In this document: positions 27,113-36,273 of the stretch, piece by piece | Numbering within the stretch: position 1 is the first letter of the stretch | Layout: each line of letters starts with the position of its first letter | IMG/VR virus record: IMGVR_UViG_3300014039_000004 | Strand: one strand, 5' to 3' | Source of the DNA: a virus | DNA: 64,000 nucleotides | Notes under the pieces: model-generated | Databases searched by the model: none | Told to the model about the DNA's origin: nothing | The model's input: the letters and a program-made list of their open reading frames with translations, nothing else | Made by a program: the position numbers and the translations under genes

Positions 27113-27132
27113 ATATCTATAGATATAAAATT
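27107..27132. repeat. 26-nt perfect palindrome
   Basis: aattttatatctatagatataaaatt is its own reverse complement. Confidence 0.8.
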
Positions 27133-27171
27133 TATATATTATATAATTAATAATAATCTTCTATTTACGCC

Positions 27172-27205
27172 TATGTGTGTGCGTATGTGTGCGTATATGC
27201 GCACG
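27172..27205. other. 34-nt perfectly alternating pyrimidine-purine tract (Z-DNA-prone), G+C-rich island
   Basis: tatgtgtgtgcgtatgtgtgcgtatatgcgcacg. Contains the direct repeat gtgtgcgtat twice. Confidence 0.7.
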
Positions 27206-27414
27206 AAGATGATATATCATTATATATTCTCCCCTCAGTGAGCAGACATTTCAGCAGCAAGGAATTTGGTGCTCCAAGACATGGTAGAAGTGATGGTGAA
27301 AGAAATGATAAAACTGATACTGCAACTGATGTTATAAGTAAAAGATAATTTATTAATAAATGTTAAAATTTTACATTTATTAGCTTTTTACTTGGCACTT
27401 TATTACTAATACTT

Positions 27415-27422
27415 TATATTTG
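27415..27422 (+). promoter_or_regulatory. Bacteroides-type -7 box TATATTTG upstream of 27469
   Basis: Matches TAnnTTTG, 47 nt upstream of the ATG. No clean -33 TTTG. Confidence 0.3.
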
Positions 27423-27468
27423 TAGTGATAATAAACATAGTCATAAACTTAATATTAAACATTGTATT

Positions 27469-27981
27469 ATGTTACAGTTTGAAGTAAATGGTAAAGCAGG
27501 TAAACAAGTAGTAAAGTTTCCAACAACATTAACTGAACTTAGTGGAGATTTTCTTACTTCTATTTGTAAAGATATAGAAGTAGCAGATAATCATGCTATT
27601 GTATGTTTATGTTATCGTGAAACTATTGCTAATGTTTTATTTACTGCTAGTAGTAAAAAGAAAAATAGTATTACTACAGCAGTTGTTCCTAAGTTTGTAA
27701 AAGCTGGTAATACTGATAATGATTTTATTAAAGGTATCATGTCTGGAAACACTCTTGTAGTTCCGGCTAGTGATTTAGCTCTTGGTTATCATGTAACAGG
27801 TACTAATAATCCTTATACTATTAATTATCTTTTAAAAGTATCTGATGGTGATACTACTCTTTATCAAAAAGCTTTAAAGTTTGAAGATGTAGTTTATTTT
27901 ATTGAATTTAAAATTATTCCTACTTGTAATATTAAAGGTTATTATTCTAGTACTAAAGTATGTGCTAACAGTAACAATTAA
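27469..27981 (+). CDS. hypothetical protein
   Basis: 170-aa ORF, the first gene of the plus-strand block. Confidence 0.6.
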   Translation: MLQFEVNGKAGKQVVKFPTTLTELSGDFLTSICKDIEVADNHAIVCLCYRETIANVLFTASSKKKNSITTAVVPKFVKAGNTDNDFIKGIMSGNTLVVPASDLALGYHVTGTNNPYTINYLLKVSDGDTTLYQKALKFEDVVYFIEFKIIPTCNIKGYYSSTKVCANSNN

Positions 27982-27996
27982 AATTGCAATAGTAAT

Positions 27997-28013
27997 ATCT
28001 TCTACGGGGGAGC
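27997..28013 (+). repeat. 17-nt motif, forward: ATCTTCTACGGGGGAGC
   Basis: Intergenic. ATCTTCTAC pairs with GTAGAAGAT at 28045-28053. Confidence 0.85.
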
Positions 28014-28068
28014 TAGTCAGTTAAATCTTACTAGTCATCCTCTAGTAGAAGATTAACATAATAGTTTT

Positions 28069-28599
28069 ATGGCTGAAATATTTAAATTTCCTAATGGTTA
28101 TAATGTACCTGTTTATCGTAAAAAAGATATTCTAGATTGTATAGATAAAAATATTATTGATAAAGATGTTGCTCTTTTATTAGTAGAATATTGTGAGAAA
28201 CAGGCTAATGAAATCATTAAAAATGGAGGTTGGGCTAGTATTCCATTTATGGGTAATATAAGAATTCCTCCTCATATTAAAAAGAATAATAGTGAAGAAA
28301 CTCAACATCTTCTTGCTGATGCTAAAGATGTAATGTCTGAGGAAAGTTATGTAATATTTAGAAAACAAGTATTTAATGCTAATGCTGCAAAAGTTAAATT
28401 TGAAAAGATTTATAGATATATTTTATATTTAGCTGTTGCTCATAATAAAAAGCTATATAAGAAGTTAATTGAAGAAAAAGGTGAACTTTATGCTAATATA
28501 CTTCTTTATACTTGTAAGAATATTACTCAATCTAATCAATATTATGATGAAAATGGTTTTCCTATTGATAGACTAGATTTAAATGAAAAACAAACTTAA
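28069..28599 (+). CDS. hypothetical protein
   Basis: 176-aa ORF. Confidence 0.6.
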   Translation: MAEIFKFPNGYNVPVYRKKDILDCIDKNIIDKDVALLLVEYCEKQANEIIKNGGWASIPFMGNIRIPPHIKKNNSEETQHLLADAKDVMSEESYVIFRKQVFNANAAKVKFEKIYRYILYLAVAHNKKLYKKLIEEKGELYANILLYTCKNITQSNQYYDENGFPIDRLDLNEKQT

Positions 28600-29197
28600 T
28601 ATAGATACTCTTATTACTATTGACGATACAGGTATGCCTAAACCTCCTAATACTAGACAACTTTTAGATTTAGATATTAGAGAACTTTATCGACGAGATA
28701 AAACTCCAGATAAAAAAGGTTATATATCTGATTGTATAGTTATTTATTATTTAGGAGACCCTAAATCTCCTGCTAGACAAGCTGGTCTTAGCGATGCAGA
28801 AGCTCTTAAATTAGCTATTAAACAAGCCGGTCTTAAAGATGATTATATACCTGATGTATTAGTTCTTAGATTAATTAAACGTTATTATGAAGAAAATATT
28901 ACTGAAGCTGGTAGAGTAGTTGAAAATATTCTTAAAGGTATTCATAATATTAATCTTAGTATTGATGCTATTAATAGTCTTCTTAATGAAAAACTTAAAA
29001 CATCTCCAACACTTGAAGATTTGCCTAATATTCTAGCAATGATGAAAAGTGTTAATGACCAAGCTAATGCTCTTCCTAGTATGTTGAAAAAACTAGAAGA
29101 AGCTAAACAAAATCTTATGTATGAAAAAGAAACTGAAATTAGTAGAGGTGGCCAAACAGTACTTAGTAGTATGGATGCCGAAAGTTATGAAATTTAA
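28583..29197 (+). CDS. hypothetical protein
   Basis: 204-aa ORF overlapping the upstream gene by 17 nt. Confidence 0.55.
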   Translation: MKNKLNIDTLITIDDTGMPKPPNTRQLLDLDIRELYRRDKTPDKKGYISDCIVIYYLGDPKSPARQAGLSDAEALKLAIKQAGLKDDYIPDVLVLRLIKRYYEENITEAGRVVENILKGIHNINLSIDAINSLLNEKLKTSPTLEDLPNILAMMKSVNDQANALPSMLKKLEEAKQNLMYEKETEISRGGQTVLSSMDAESYEI

Positions 29198-29230
29198 ATT
29201 AATACATCTATTAGGTGGTTATACTGCATT

Positions 29231-29407
29231 ATGATAAACATTAAAGGTACTATTATTTTTCATCCAAAAGATTGTTGTCCTATTTGTACTGAATCTGTCT
29301 GGTATAATGAAAATGAAGTAGAAACTATTAACAATGATGGTTTTATAACTTGTCCTTGTTGTGGTAATACTATTAAAATAAATAAGTATGAGAGATACTC
29401 GTTATGA
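29231..29407 (+). CDS. possible small zinc-ribbon protein (58 aa)
   Basis: Hand-translated: MINIKGTIIFHPKDCCPICTESVWYNENEVETINNDGFITCPCCGNTIKINKYERYSL. Two C-x-x-C pairs. Below the track cutoff. Confidence 0.45.
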   Translation: MINIKGTIIFHPKDCCPICTESVWYNENEVETINNDGFITCPCCGNTIKINKYERYSL

Positions 29408-30386
29408 TAACAACTTTTTATACTTTCAAGAAGAAGGTCATAAATATAATGATACGAATGGTAATAGATATTTATCCGTTACTACTCTTATTCATGATAA
29501 TTATGTTCCTAAGTTTGACAAAAAGTATTGGTTACATAAAAAAAGTCGTGAACTTGGTGTTAGTGAAAAAACACTTGAAAAACAATGGCAAGCTATAACA
29601 GATGAAGCTTGTTCTAGAGGAACTGCTACTCATAATGGTATTGAAGATGCTATTAAAGATGTTAGTATGTTTAAAAATGCAATTAAATATTTAACTGATA
29701 TAAAAAGTGGTAGGGTTGTTACTGTTGCTGATATACCTAATATGTCTATTAAGCCTCTTGATGTTGAGGCATTTAAACAGTCTACAGGTAATAAATATTC
29801 AGAAATATATAGAGTATTTCAATATTATACAGATTACGGTTATACTATTTATTCTGAAATTGGTGCTTATCTTATTGACTACTTAATTAGTGGAACTATC
29901 GATATTCTTTGTATTCGTGATACAGATTTTGTAATACTTGATTGGAAAACTAATCGTAATGGTCTTCAATTTGAAAGTGGATATTTTAAAAAAGATAAAA
30001 CTACTAAACCTGCACAACTTACTAATGAATATGTTCATAAAGATGAATTTATGCTTCCTCCTTTAAATCATCTTCCTAATTGTAATGGTAGTCATTATAC
30101 AATGCAATTAAGTATGTATGCTAAGATGGTTGAACTTATTCTTGGTATTCCTTGTACAGGTTTAGGTCTTTGTCATATAGGTAGTCCTTTTGTAAAGAAT
30201 GCTTATGGTATGCCTTATAGAGATGAAAATAATCAATATCCTATTGACCCTAATGGAAAAGAAACTGTTCATTGGTATAAGATTAATTATAAAAAAGCTG
30301 AAGCTGAAGCTATTTTAAAAGATAGACTTGTTAAACTTAAAAGTGATAATGTGAAAACTGAACAACAACTTAATTTATTTAATTGA
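29388..30386 (+). CDS. PD-(D/E)XK nuclease (RecB/Cas4-like exonuclease fold)
   Basis: 332 aa. GTIDILCIRDTDFVILDWKT (D...[DE]-x-K) and YTMQLSMYAKM (Q-x-x-x-Y). Confidence 0.6.
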   Translation: MRDTRYDNNFLYFQEEGHKYNDTNGNRYLSVTTLIHDNYVPKFDKKYWLHKKSRELGVSEKTLEKQWQAITDEACSRGTATHNGIEDAIKDVSMFKNAIKYLTDIKSGRVVTVADIPNMSIKPLDVEAFKQSTGNKYSEIYRVFQYYTDYGYTIYSEIGAYLIDYLISGTIDILCIRDTDFVILDWKTNRNGLQFESGYFKKDKTTKPAQLTNEYVHKDEFMLPPLNHLPNCNGSHYTMQLSMYAKMVELILGIPCTGLGLCHIGSPFVKNAYGMPYRDENNQYPIDPNGKETVHWYKINYKKAEAEAILKDRLVKLKSDNVKTEQQLNLFN

Positions 30387-30387
30387 T

Positions 30388-31002
30388 ATGAAAGTTAGTT
30401 TATATACAAAATGTGCTAGTTATGATTTTAAAAAACTATTTGAATCAAAAGGTTATGCTTGGTTTGATAAAGGTTTTTATAATTTGAATATTATTGGTGT
30501 TCGTAAAAATAATAAGAATAAAGTTACAAACATGTATGATGATATTCTTATTGTAGATTATAATACTGAATGTGGGCATAAACGTAATATTTATAATATT
30601 ACTACTGAACCAGGTCTTTATTATATGCAAAATGTTATTAATGATAAAGGCTGTGCTATTCTTGTTCCTGGTCAATATAGAGGATGTTTTCATATAGGTC
30701 TTCATAAAAATAAATATAAAGCTCTTTGTCAAAATAAACCTGTTAAAGTTTATAGAGATAATAATAAAGATGATATTTATGATTTAGACCCAACTACCAT
30801 TCAAAATGGTATGTATGGTATTAATATTCATAGAAGTAATGCTACTTGGACTAGAAACACTATAGATAAATATTCTGCTGGTTGTCAAGTATTTAATCAA
30901 CCTACTCAATATAGTGCTTTTATTAGACTTTGTGATAAACAACGTGAACTTTATGGTAATAGTTTTACATATACTCTTTTAAATGAAGATGAACTGGTAT
31001 AA
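30388..31002 (+). CDS. putative peptidoglycan hydrolase (endolysin candidate)
   Basis: 204 aa. INIHRSN...YSAGCQVF resembles a YkuD-like H...S-x-G-C catalytic signature. Followed by two membrane-protein genes. Tentative. Confidence 0.35.
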   Translation: MKVSLYTKCASYDFKKLFESKGYAWFDKGFYNLNIIGVRKNNKNKVTNMYDDILIVDYNTECGHKRNIYNITTEPGLYYMQNVINDKGCAILVPGQYRGCFHIGLHKNKYKALCQNKPVKVYRDNNKDDIYDLDPTTIQNGMYGINIHRSNATWTRNTIDKYSAGCQVFNQPTQYSAFIRLCDKQRELYGNSFTYTLLNEDELV

Positions 31003-31273
31003 ATATTTATTAGTTGTACTATTATTATCAATTATAATATTAGGTATACAAATAATGATTATACTTGATTTAGGAACACATATTAAATATAATCCTACTA
31101 TAAATCCTAAAGATTATAATTATACGATTGATAGTTTGAAAAAAGAGAATGTTGATATTGTAATAGATATTAATAAATTAGATAGTATTAAAGATGAAGA
31201 AATGGATAAAGCTACAAAAGTTGATAATGATAGTGCTCTTAGGATGTTCTATAAATTGCTTGGCAAGGAATAA
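30983..31273 (+). CDS. single-pass membrane protein (holin or i-spanin candidate)
   Basis: 96 aa. N-terminal TM YKYLLVVLLLSIIILGIQIMIILDL followed by a charged tail. Confidence 0.45.
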   Translation: MKMNWYKYLLVVLLLSIIILGIQIMIILDLGTHIKYNPTINPKDYNYTIDSLKKENVDIVIDINKLDSIKDEEMDKATKVDNDSALRMFYKLLGKE

Positions 31274-31547
31274 TGTAGATTTTTCTACGGGGGAGCGAGA
31301 TTCAACTTATATATCTTATAATGATTTACGTATTGTAAATAGTAAACTTATTGAACTTGATTATACTAAACAAATTAATAATAAACTTAAAACTATAATT
31401 TATAATGATAGTATTGTTATTAATGAATATAAAGTAATGAATAATAGTTTAGTTAAATCAAATAATAAACTTAAACGTAAATCTAAAATTGGTTTTATTA
31501 CTGCTCTTGTTGCTATTATTGGACTTAGTATATCATTAATAAAATAG
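31194..31547 (+). CDS. lipobox plus C-terminal TM protein (unimolecular spanin-like)
   Basis: 117 aa. MKKWIKLQKLIMIVLLGCS (LLGC lipobox) and C-terminal IGFITALVAIIGLSISLIK. Overlaps 30983..31273 by 80 nt in another frame. Confidence 0.4.
   Translation: MKKWIKLQKLIMIVLLGCSINCLARNNVDFSTGERDSTYISYNDLRIVNSKLIELDYTKQINNKLKTIIYNDSIVINEYKVMNNSLVKSNNKLKRKSKIGFITALVAIIGLSISLIK
31280..31296 (+). repeat. 17-nt motif, forward variant: TTTTTCTACGGGGGAGC
   Basis: Inside 31194..31547, translated as DFSTGER. Confidence 0.75.
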
Positions 31548-31548
31548 T

Positions 31549-33831
31549 ATGGCTAAACTTGAAACTAATGTCGAGGATACTATTAAAAATTATCCTTTTC
31601 TTAATTATATAAATGAAGATAAATTTAATTATAAACATGCTAAAGATGCTGGTTATGATGACCCTGATGATTTATTTTTAATAGGTGATAGTGGAGGTTT
31701 TCTTCTTAATATAAATCCTGGTGATAAGTTTATTAATACTCATCTTTTTACAGAGATGGCTGATTTTTATCGTAAGTATAAAACTTATACTACATTTAGA
31801 GAAGATAGTATTCCTTATCGTCAATTAAGAAAAAGAGAAGAGTATAGACGTAAATATGGATTTAGTGCTCCTTGTTTATTAAGAAATGGAGTTGTACAAA
31901 ATATTCGTATTACTGGAAATCATTATAATTTTCTTAATTATACTATGATGGAACAGCTTAATACACGTAGTACTAAAAGTAGTCATAAAGCTAGTGTTGG
32001 TTCTAAGTTTTATGACTTTTCTAAGTTTATAGATGCTCAATTTTGGACTTGGCATTGTTTAGAGTTTGCTAAACGTAATGGTTTTCATTTTATTATTGAT
32101 AAAACTAGACGTGGTGGTTTTAGTTATATGATGGCTGCTAAAACTGCTAATACTTTAAATCTTGAACCTCGTAAAGTTGTTATTCATGTAGCTGCTGATA
32201 AAAAGTTTCTTACTGCTACAGGTGGTTTAACTGATTTTACTATTAATGATTTAAGATTTTTTGAAACTAAAACTCCTTTTGTTAGAGGTATTCTTTCAAC
32301 AGATAAAGAAAACTTTAGATTAGGTTTTAAACTTCCTAATGGTATTGTATCTCCTAAATCTTGGCAGTCTGCATTATTTAGTGTATCTGCAATGAATAAT
32401 CCTGATTGTGCTATTGGTAAAGACGCTATTGAAGTTAATGTAGAGGAGCTTTCTACTATGGAAAACTTTGATGATTTTATGTCTGTTACTGAACCTGCAA
32501 TGAGAACTGGTAGTTATGTTACAGGTAATCTTTGTTGTTGGGGTACTGCTACTAGTGGAAATATGCAAGTTTTTGAACAAAACTTTTATTCTCCTAAAGC
32601 ATTTAATTTTATGCCTTTTGAAAATGTTTGGGATAAAGATTGCAGAAATGAAATATGTGGTTATTTTAAACCTTATTGTTGGGGACTTCAAGGACAAATA
32701 GGAGATAGATATGCAATGGACGAAGATGGTAATTCTGATTTAGAATTAGGTATTCAAATTGCATATAAAGAAAGACAAAAGAAAAAAGATACTGCTAAAA
32801 CTTTTGCTGATTATATTAATTATCTTGGACAATATGCTTTAATGCCCGCTGAAAGTTTTAGTAGTGCTACTGAAAATTTATTTAGTAGTGAAGAATTATT
32901 AGCTTGGGAAGAAAGACTTAGAACAGATAATAGTTTTAAATTTTATGTTGATGGTTGGTTATTTGATAATCATGGTAAAGTAGAATTTAAAACTAATGCT
33001 AGAATACAAGCTGAAGGTGGTAAACTTAATCAAGATTATTGGGATTGGATTGAAGGTGTTCCTCGTAAAGGACATGAACATCCTCACGGATGCATTCGTA
33101 AATGGTTTAATCCAATGAAAGTTCCTTATTTTGATAAAGATGGAAAACAAGTAATTGGAATTCCTCCTGGTTTGTATTCTATTAGTTATGACCCTGTAGG
33201 TGTTAATAAGGAAAATAAAGCTATTACTTTAAAACATTCTCATAATAGTATTAAGGTATGGATGAATCCTTGTTCTTATAACGGTTTTAAAACAGCTCTT
33301 GTTTGTGCTTATTATGGAAGACCTGAAAAACTAGAAGAAGCTGATAAAGTATGTTTACTTCTTGCTAAATATTATAATTGTATTGGAACTACTGGAGTTG
33401 AGATTAACCGTGGTGAAACTGTAAGTAATTTTACTAAATGGAAAGCTCTTAAATATTTAATGCGTGACCCTGTTCAAATTTGGGATACTAGTATTAAAGG
33501 AGCAGTAGTAGGTAGTTATGGTGTTAACATGGGAGATGGGGCTAAAAAACTTGAAGGTCTTCGACTGCTTAAAGAAATGCTTTATAGTGTTATTGGTAAG
33601 AATGATTTAGGTGAAGATATTTATTTATTTCAAACTATATATGATTATCAATCTATTCTTGAACTTAAAAAATGGAATAGTTTAGGTAACTTTGATAGAG
33701 TTTCTGAAATGATTATTAGAGCACTTCAATGGAAACTTACTGATATAGAAGCAGCTAAAGAATTAGCTCATCGTAAAAAACTTAAAGAAGTTAATAATAC
33801 TAGAGATATTTTACATAGAGATTGGTTTTAA
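31549..33831 (+). CDS. terL: terminase large subunit (TerL)
   Basis: 760 aa, immediately upstream of the portal-sized ORF. P-loop-like DKTRRGGFSYMMAAK. Assigned by synteny and size; not searched. Confidence 0.65.
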   Translation: MAKLETNVEDTIKNYPFLNYINEDKFNYKHAKDAGYDDPDDLFLIGDSGGFLLNINPGDKFINTHLFTEMADFYRKYKTYTTFREDSIPYRQLRKREEYRRKYGFSAPCLLRNGVVQNIRITGNHYNFLNYTMMEQLNTRSTKSSHKASVGSKFYDFSKFIDAQFWTWHCLEFAKRNGFHFIIDKTRRGGFSYMMAAKTANTLNLEPRKVVIHVAADKKFLTATGGLTDFTINDLRFFETKTPFVRGILSTDKENFRLGFKLPNGIVSPKSWQSALFSVSAMNNPDCAIGKDAIEVNVEELSTMENFDDFMSVTEPAMRTGSYVTGNLCCWGTATSGNMQVFEQNFYSPKAFNFMPFENVWDKDCRNEICGYFKPYCWGLQGQIGDRYAMDEDGNSDLELGIQIAYKERQKKKDTAKTFADYINYLGQYALMPAESFSSATENLFSSEELLAWEERLRTDNSFKFYVDGWLFDNHGKVEFKTNARIQAEGGKLNQDYWDWIEGVPRKGHEHPHGCIRKWFNPMKVPYFDKDGKQVIGIPPGLYSISYDPVGVNKENKAITLKHSHNSIKVWMNPCSYNGFKTALVCAYYGRPEKLEEADKVCLLLAKYYNCIGTTGVEINRGETVSNFTKWKALKYLMRDPVQIWDTSIKGAVVGSYGVNMGDGAKKLEGLRLLKEMLYSVIGKNDLGEDIYLFQTIYDYQSILELKKWNSLGNFDRVSEMIIRALQWKLTDIEAAKELAHRKKLKEVNNTRDILHRDWF

Positions 33832-33849
33832 TTTAAACTTGATAATATA

Positions 33850-36267
33850 ATGCAACCTAATTATAATGCTCAATTTCCTCAACAACGAGTAGGTAAATCT
33901 GATAAACTTAAAGCAGAATGGTATACTAATTGCATTGATTATGTTATAGATGCTGGTTTAAGTTTTAATGATAGAACTGAAACTGAAACTAAACTTAGAA
34001 TTTTAAGAGGTGATATTCCTGATTCTTTTTATAAGAAAACTCTTAATCCTTATAATAGTAATAATGAAAAATATACAAGATTTCCTGCTACTATGCGTAA
34101 TCTTGATATTATGTCAGATATTATTAGACGTTATGTTTCAGAATATTTTAAAGGTGTTCATGAATTTATTGTTGGTGCTAATAATCCAGATATTGTAGCT
34201 AATAAGAATGCTAAACTTAAAGCTAAGATGATGGAACTAGCTGAACAAGCATTTCAACAAGAACTTCAAAAACAACAACAAGCTGCACAACAACAAGCTG
34301 TTCAACAAGGTCAAGACCCTAATACTGTTAATCCACAAGATAATATGCCAGACCCTGAACAGTTCATTAAAGAATTTAATGAAAAATATATTGATGATGA
34401 AAGTAGACAAGGTCAAGATATGTTAGATTATATTCGAGCTATGACTCAAGATAATCTTATATATCTTACTTCTTTTTTTAATTTTGTTTCTCTTGGAGAA
34501 TGTTATTCATATTGTGATATTAGAGGAAGTAAAATAATTAAAGAAGCTATTCCTGTTATTGATGCTTTTCCAATACCTAATGGCAATTTTTTTGTTGAAG
34601 ACCATGATATGTTTGCTAGAAGAATGATGTTGTCTTATCAACAAATTCTTGATATGTTTGATAATAATCTTAGTGAAACAGATAAAAAGTTTCTTGAAAC
34701 ATATTATAGTCATCATTCTAGTCCTAACGGTATTGTAAGACTTTCTTATAATCAATATTTTGAATCTTATCCAGATGTTTGTAGTAAGTTTACTAGTGAA
34801 GAAAGAAAATTGTTTCAATCTGAACCTGTAAGTGTTTATGAAGGAAATAATAATCTTTATGAAGTATGGCATGTAGTTTGGAGGGGTGAAGCTAGACGTG
34901 GTGTTCTTACTTATGTTAATGAAATAGGAATGACTACTACTAAAATAGTAGATGAAGATTACGAACTTGATAAATCTAAAGGAGATATAAGTATTGAATG
35001 GGAATATGAACCACAAGTTTATGAAGGTTATAGAATAGGTAATAGATATACTGCTATTTATCCTATTAAAGCAAGACCTATAGCATTTAATCGTAACGGT
35101 AAACTTCCTTATAATGGTATTATGGAAGTACTTCCTATGATGGGTAAATTTAGTATTATTAAACTTGTTACTCCATATCAGATTATGCGAAATATTTTTG
35201 CTTATCATAGAGAAATGATTATTGCTAAAAATAAAATGCTTATTCTTCTTCTTCCTGAAAGTCTTATTGCTTCAAATACTGAAGATAAGATTTATAAAAT
35301 GGCAGCAGATGGTGTTCTTCTTGTAGATGATAGTGAGGATGCAAATAGTCAAAAAATGGCTAATATTAGATTACTTAATGCTAATATGGGTCAATATATA
35401 ACTGAACTTACTAATCTTATAGAAGCTACTAAACAAGAAGCTCGTGAAATGGTAGATATGAATATGCAACGATATGGTGAAATTACACAATCTGCTGGAG
35501 CTGCTACTACACAAGAAGCTATTGCTCGTTCCAGTATGGGTATGGTTATTCTAGTTCAAATGTTTGATGAATTTAGAAAAGCTGATTATAATCGAGATTT
35601 AGATTATTGTAAACTCGCTTATATTGATGGACTTGATACTTCTTATTGGGATGAACTTGGTAAACGTAGATTTATAAGTCTTGATGTTAATAGTTTTGTT
35701 AATTCAGATTATTCTACTACAGTTCGTAACGATTCTAAAGAACTTGATAAAATTCAACAACTTCGTCAATGGGCATTTAGTGCTGCTCAAAATGGTGATT
35801 TAGATATGGCACTTGCAGCTATTACAGGTGATAATGTTTCTCAAATTAAAGCTACTGTTACTAAATTTAATGCTATTAAACAACAGCATGAAGAACAAAT
35901 GAAACAGATGGAGCAGATGATTAAACAAGAAGAAATTGAGAATAAACTTAAAGAAATAGCTGCTAAAGGTGAACAAGATAGACTTACTGAACAACTTAAA
36001 TATCAATATGAACTTCAACTTAAATATGTTGATGTTGATATGGGCATATTAAATAATACTGCTAGTGATAATAATGCTGCTAAAAATAGACTTACAGAAT
36101 TAGCTGAACAAAATAAAGCTAATATTGAACAACAAAAAATTCAACTTGCTCGTGAACAAATGATGGCTGATAGTTATTCAAAAGCAGCTGATAGACAAGT
36201 TAAACGAGAAGATATGAAATCTAAAGAAAAAATTGCTAAAACTAATAAGAATAAATATGATAAATAA
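33850..36267 (+). CDS. portal protein
   Basis: 805 aa, follows TerL. Q-rich insert and a long charged coiled-coil C-terminus, as recalled for crAss-like portals. Confidence 0.65.
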   Translation: MQPNYNAQFPQQRVGKSDKLKAEWYTNCIDYVIDAGLSFNDRTETETKLRILRGDIPDSFYKKTLNPYNSNNEKYTRFPATMRNLDIMSDIIRRYVSEYFKGVHEFIVGANNPDIVANKNAKLKAKMMELAEQAFQQELQKQQQAAQQQAVQQGQDPNTVNPQDNMPDPEQFIKEFNEKYIDDESRQGQDMLDYIRAMTQDNLIYLTSFFNFVSLGECYSYCDIRGSKIIKEAIPVIDAFPIPNGNFFVEDHDMFARRMMLSYQQILDMFDNNLSETDKKFLETYYSHHSSPNGIVRLSYNQYFESYPDVCSKFTSEERKLFQSEPVSVYEGNNNLYEVWHVVWRGEARRGVLTYVNEIGMTTTKIVDEDYELDKSKGDISIEWEYEPQVYEGYRIGNRYTAIYPIKARPIAFNRNGKLPYNGIMEVLPMMGKFSIIKLVTPYQIMRNIFAYHREMIIAKNKMLILLLPESLIASNTEDKIYKMAADGVLLVDDSEDANSQKMANIRLLNANMGQYITELTNLIEATKQEAREMVDMNMQRYGEITQSAGAATTQEAIARSSMGMVILVQMFDEFRKADYNRDLDYCKLAYIDGLDTSYWDELGKRRFISLDVNSFVNSDYSTTVRNDSKELDKIQQLRQWAFSAAQNGDLDMALAAITGDNVSQIKATVTKFNAIKQQHEEQMKQMEQMIKQEEIENKLKEIAAKGEQDRLTEQLKYQYELQLKYVDVDMGILNNTASDNNAAKNRLTELAEQNKANIEQQKIQLAREQMMADSYSKAADRQVKREDMKSKEKIAKTNKNKYDK

Positions 36268-36273
36268 TATATT

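Noticed and set aside
34507-35208. Long antisense shadow ORFs inside large genes. Examples: 34507..35208, 47820..48254, 48894..49325, 53236..53769, 10657..11061, 9296..9592, 14349..14639.
   Set aside because: They lie opposite long, motif-bearing or clearly coding genes. They are I/F/N/S/K-rich, as expected for the reverse frames of AT-rich coding sequence.
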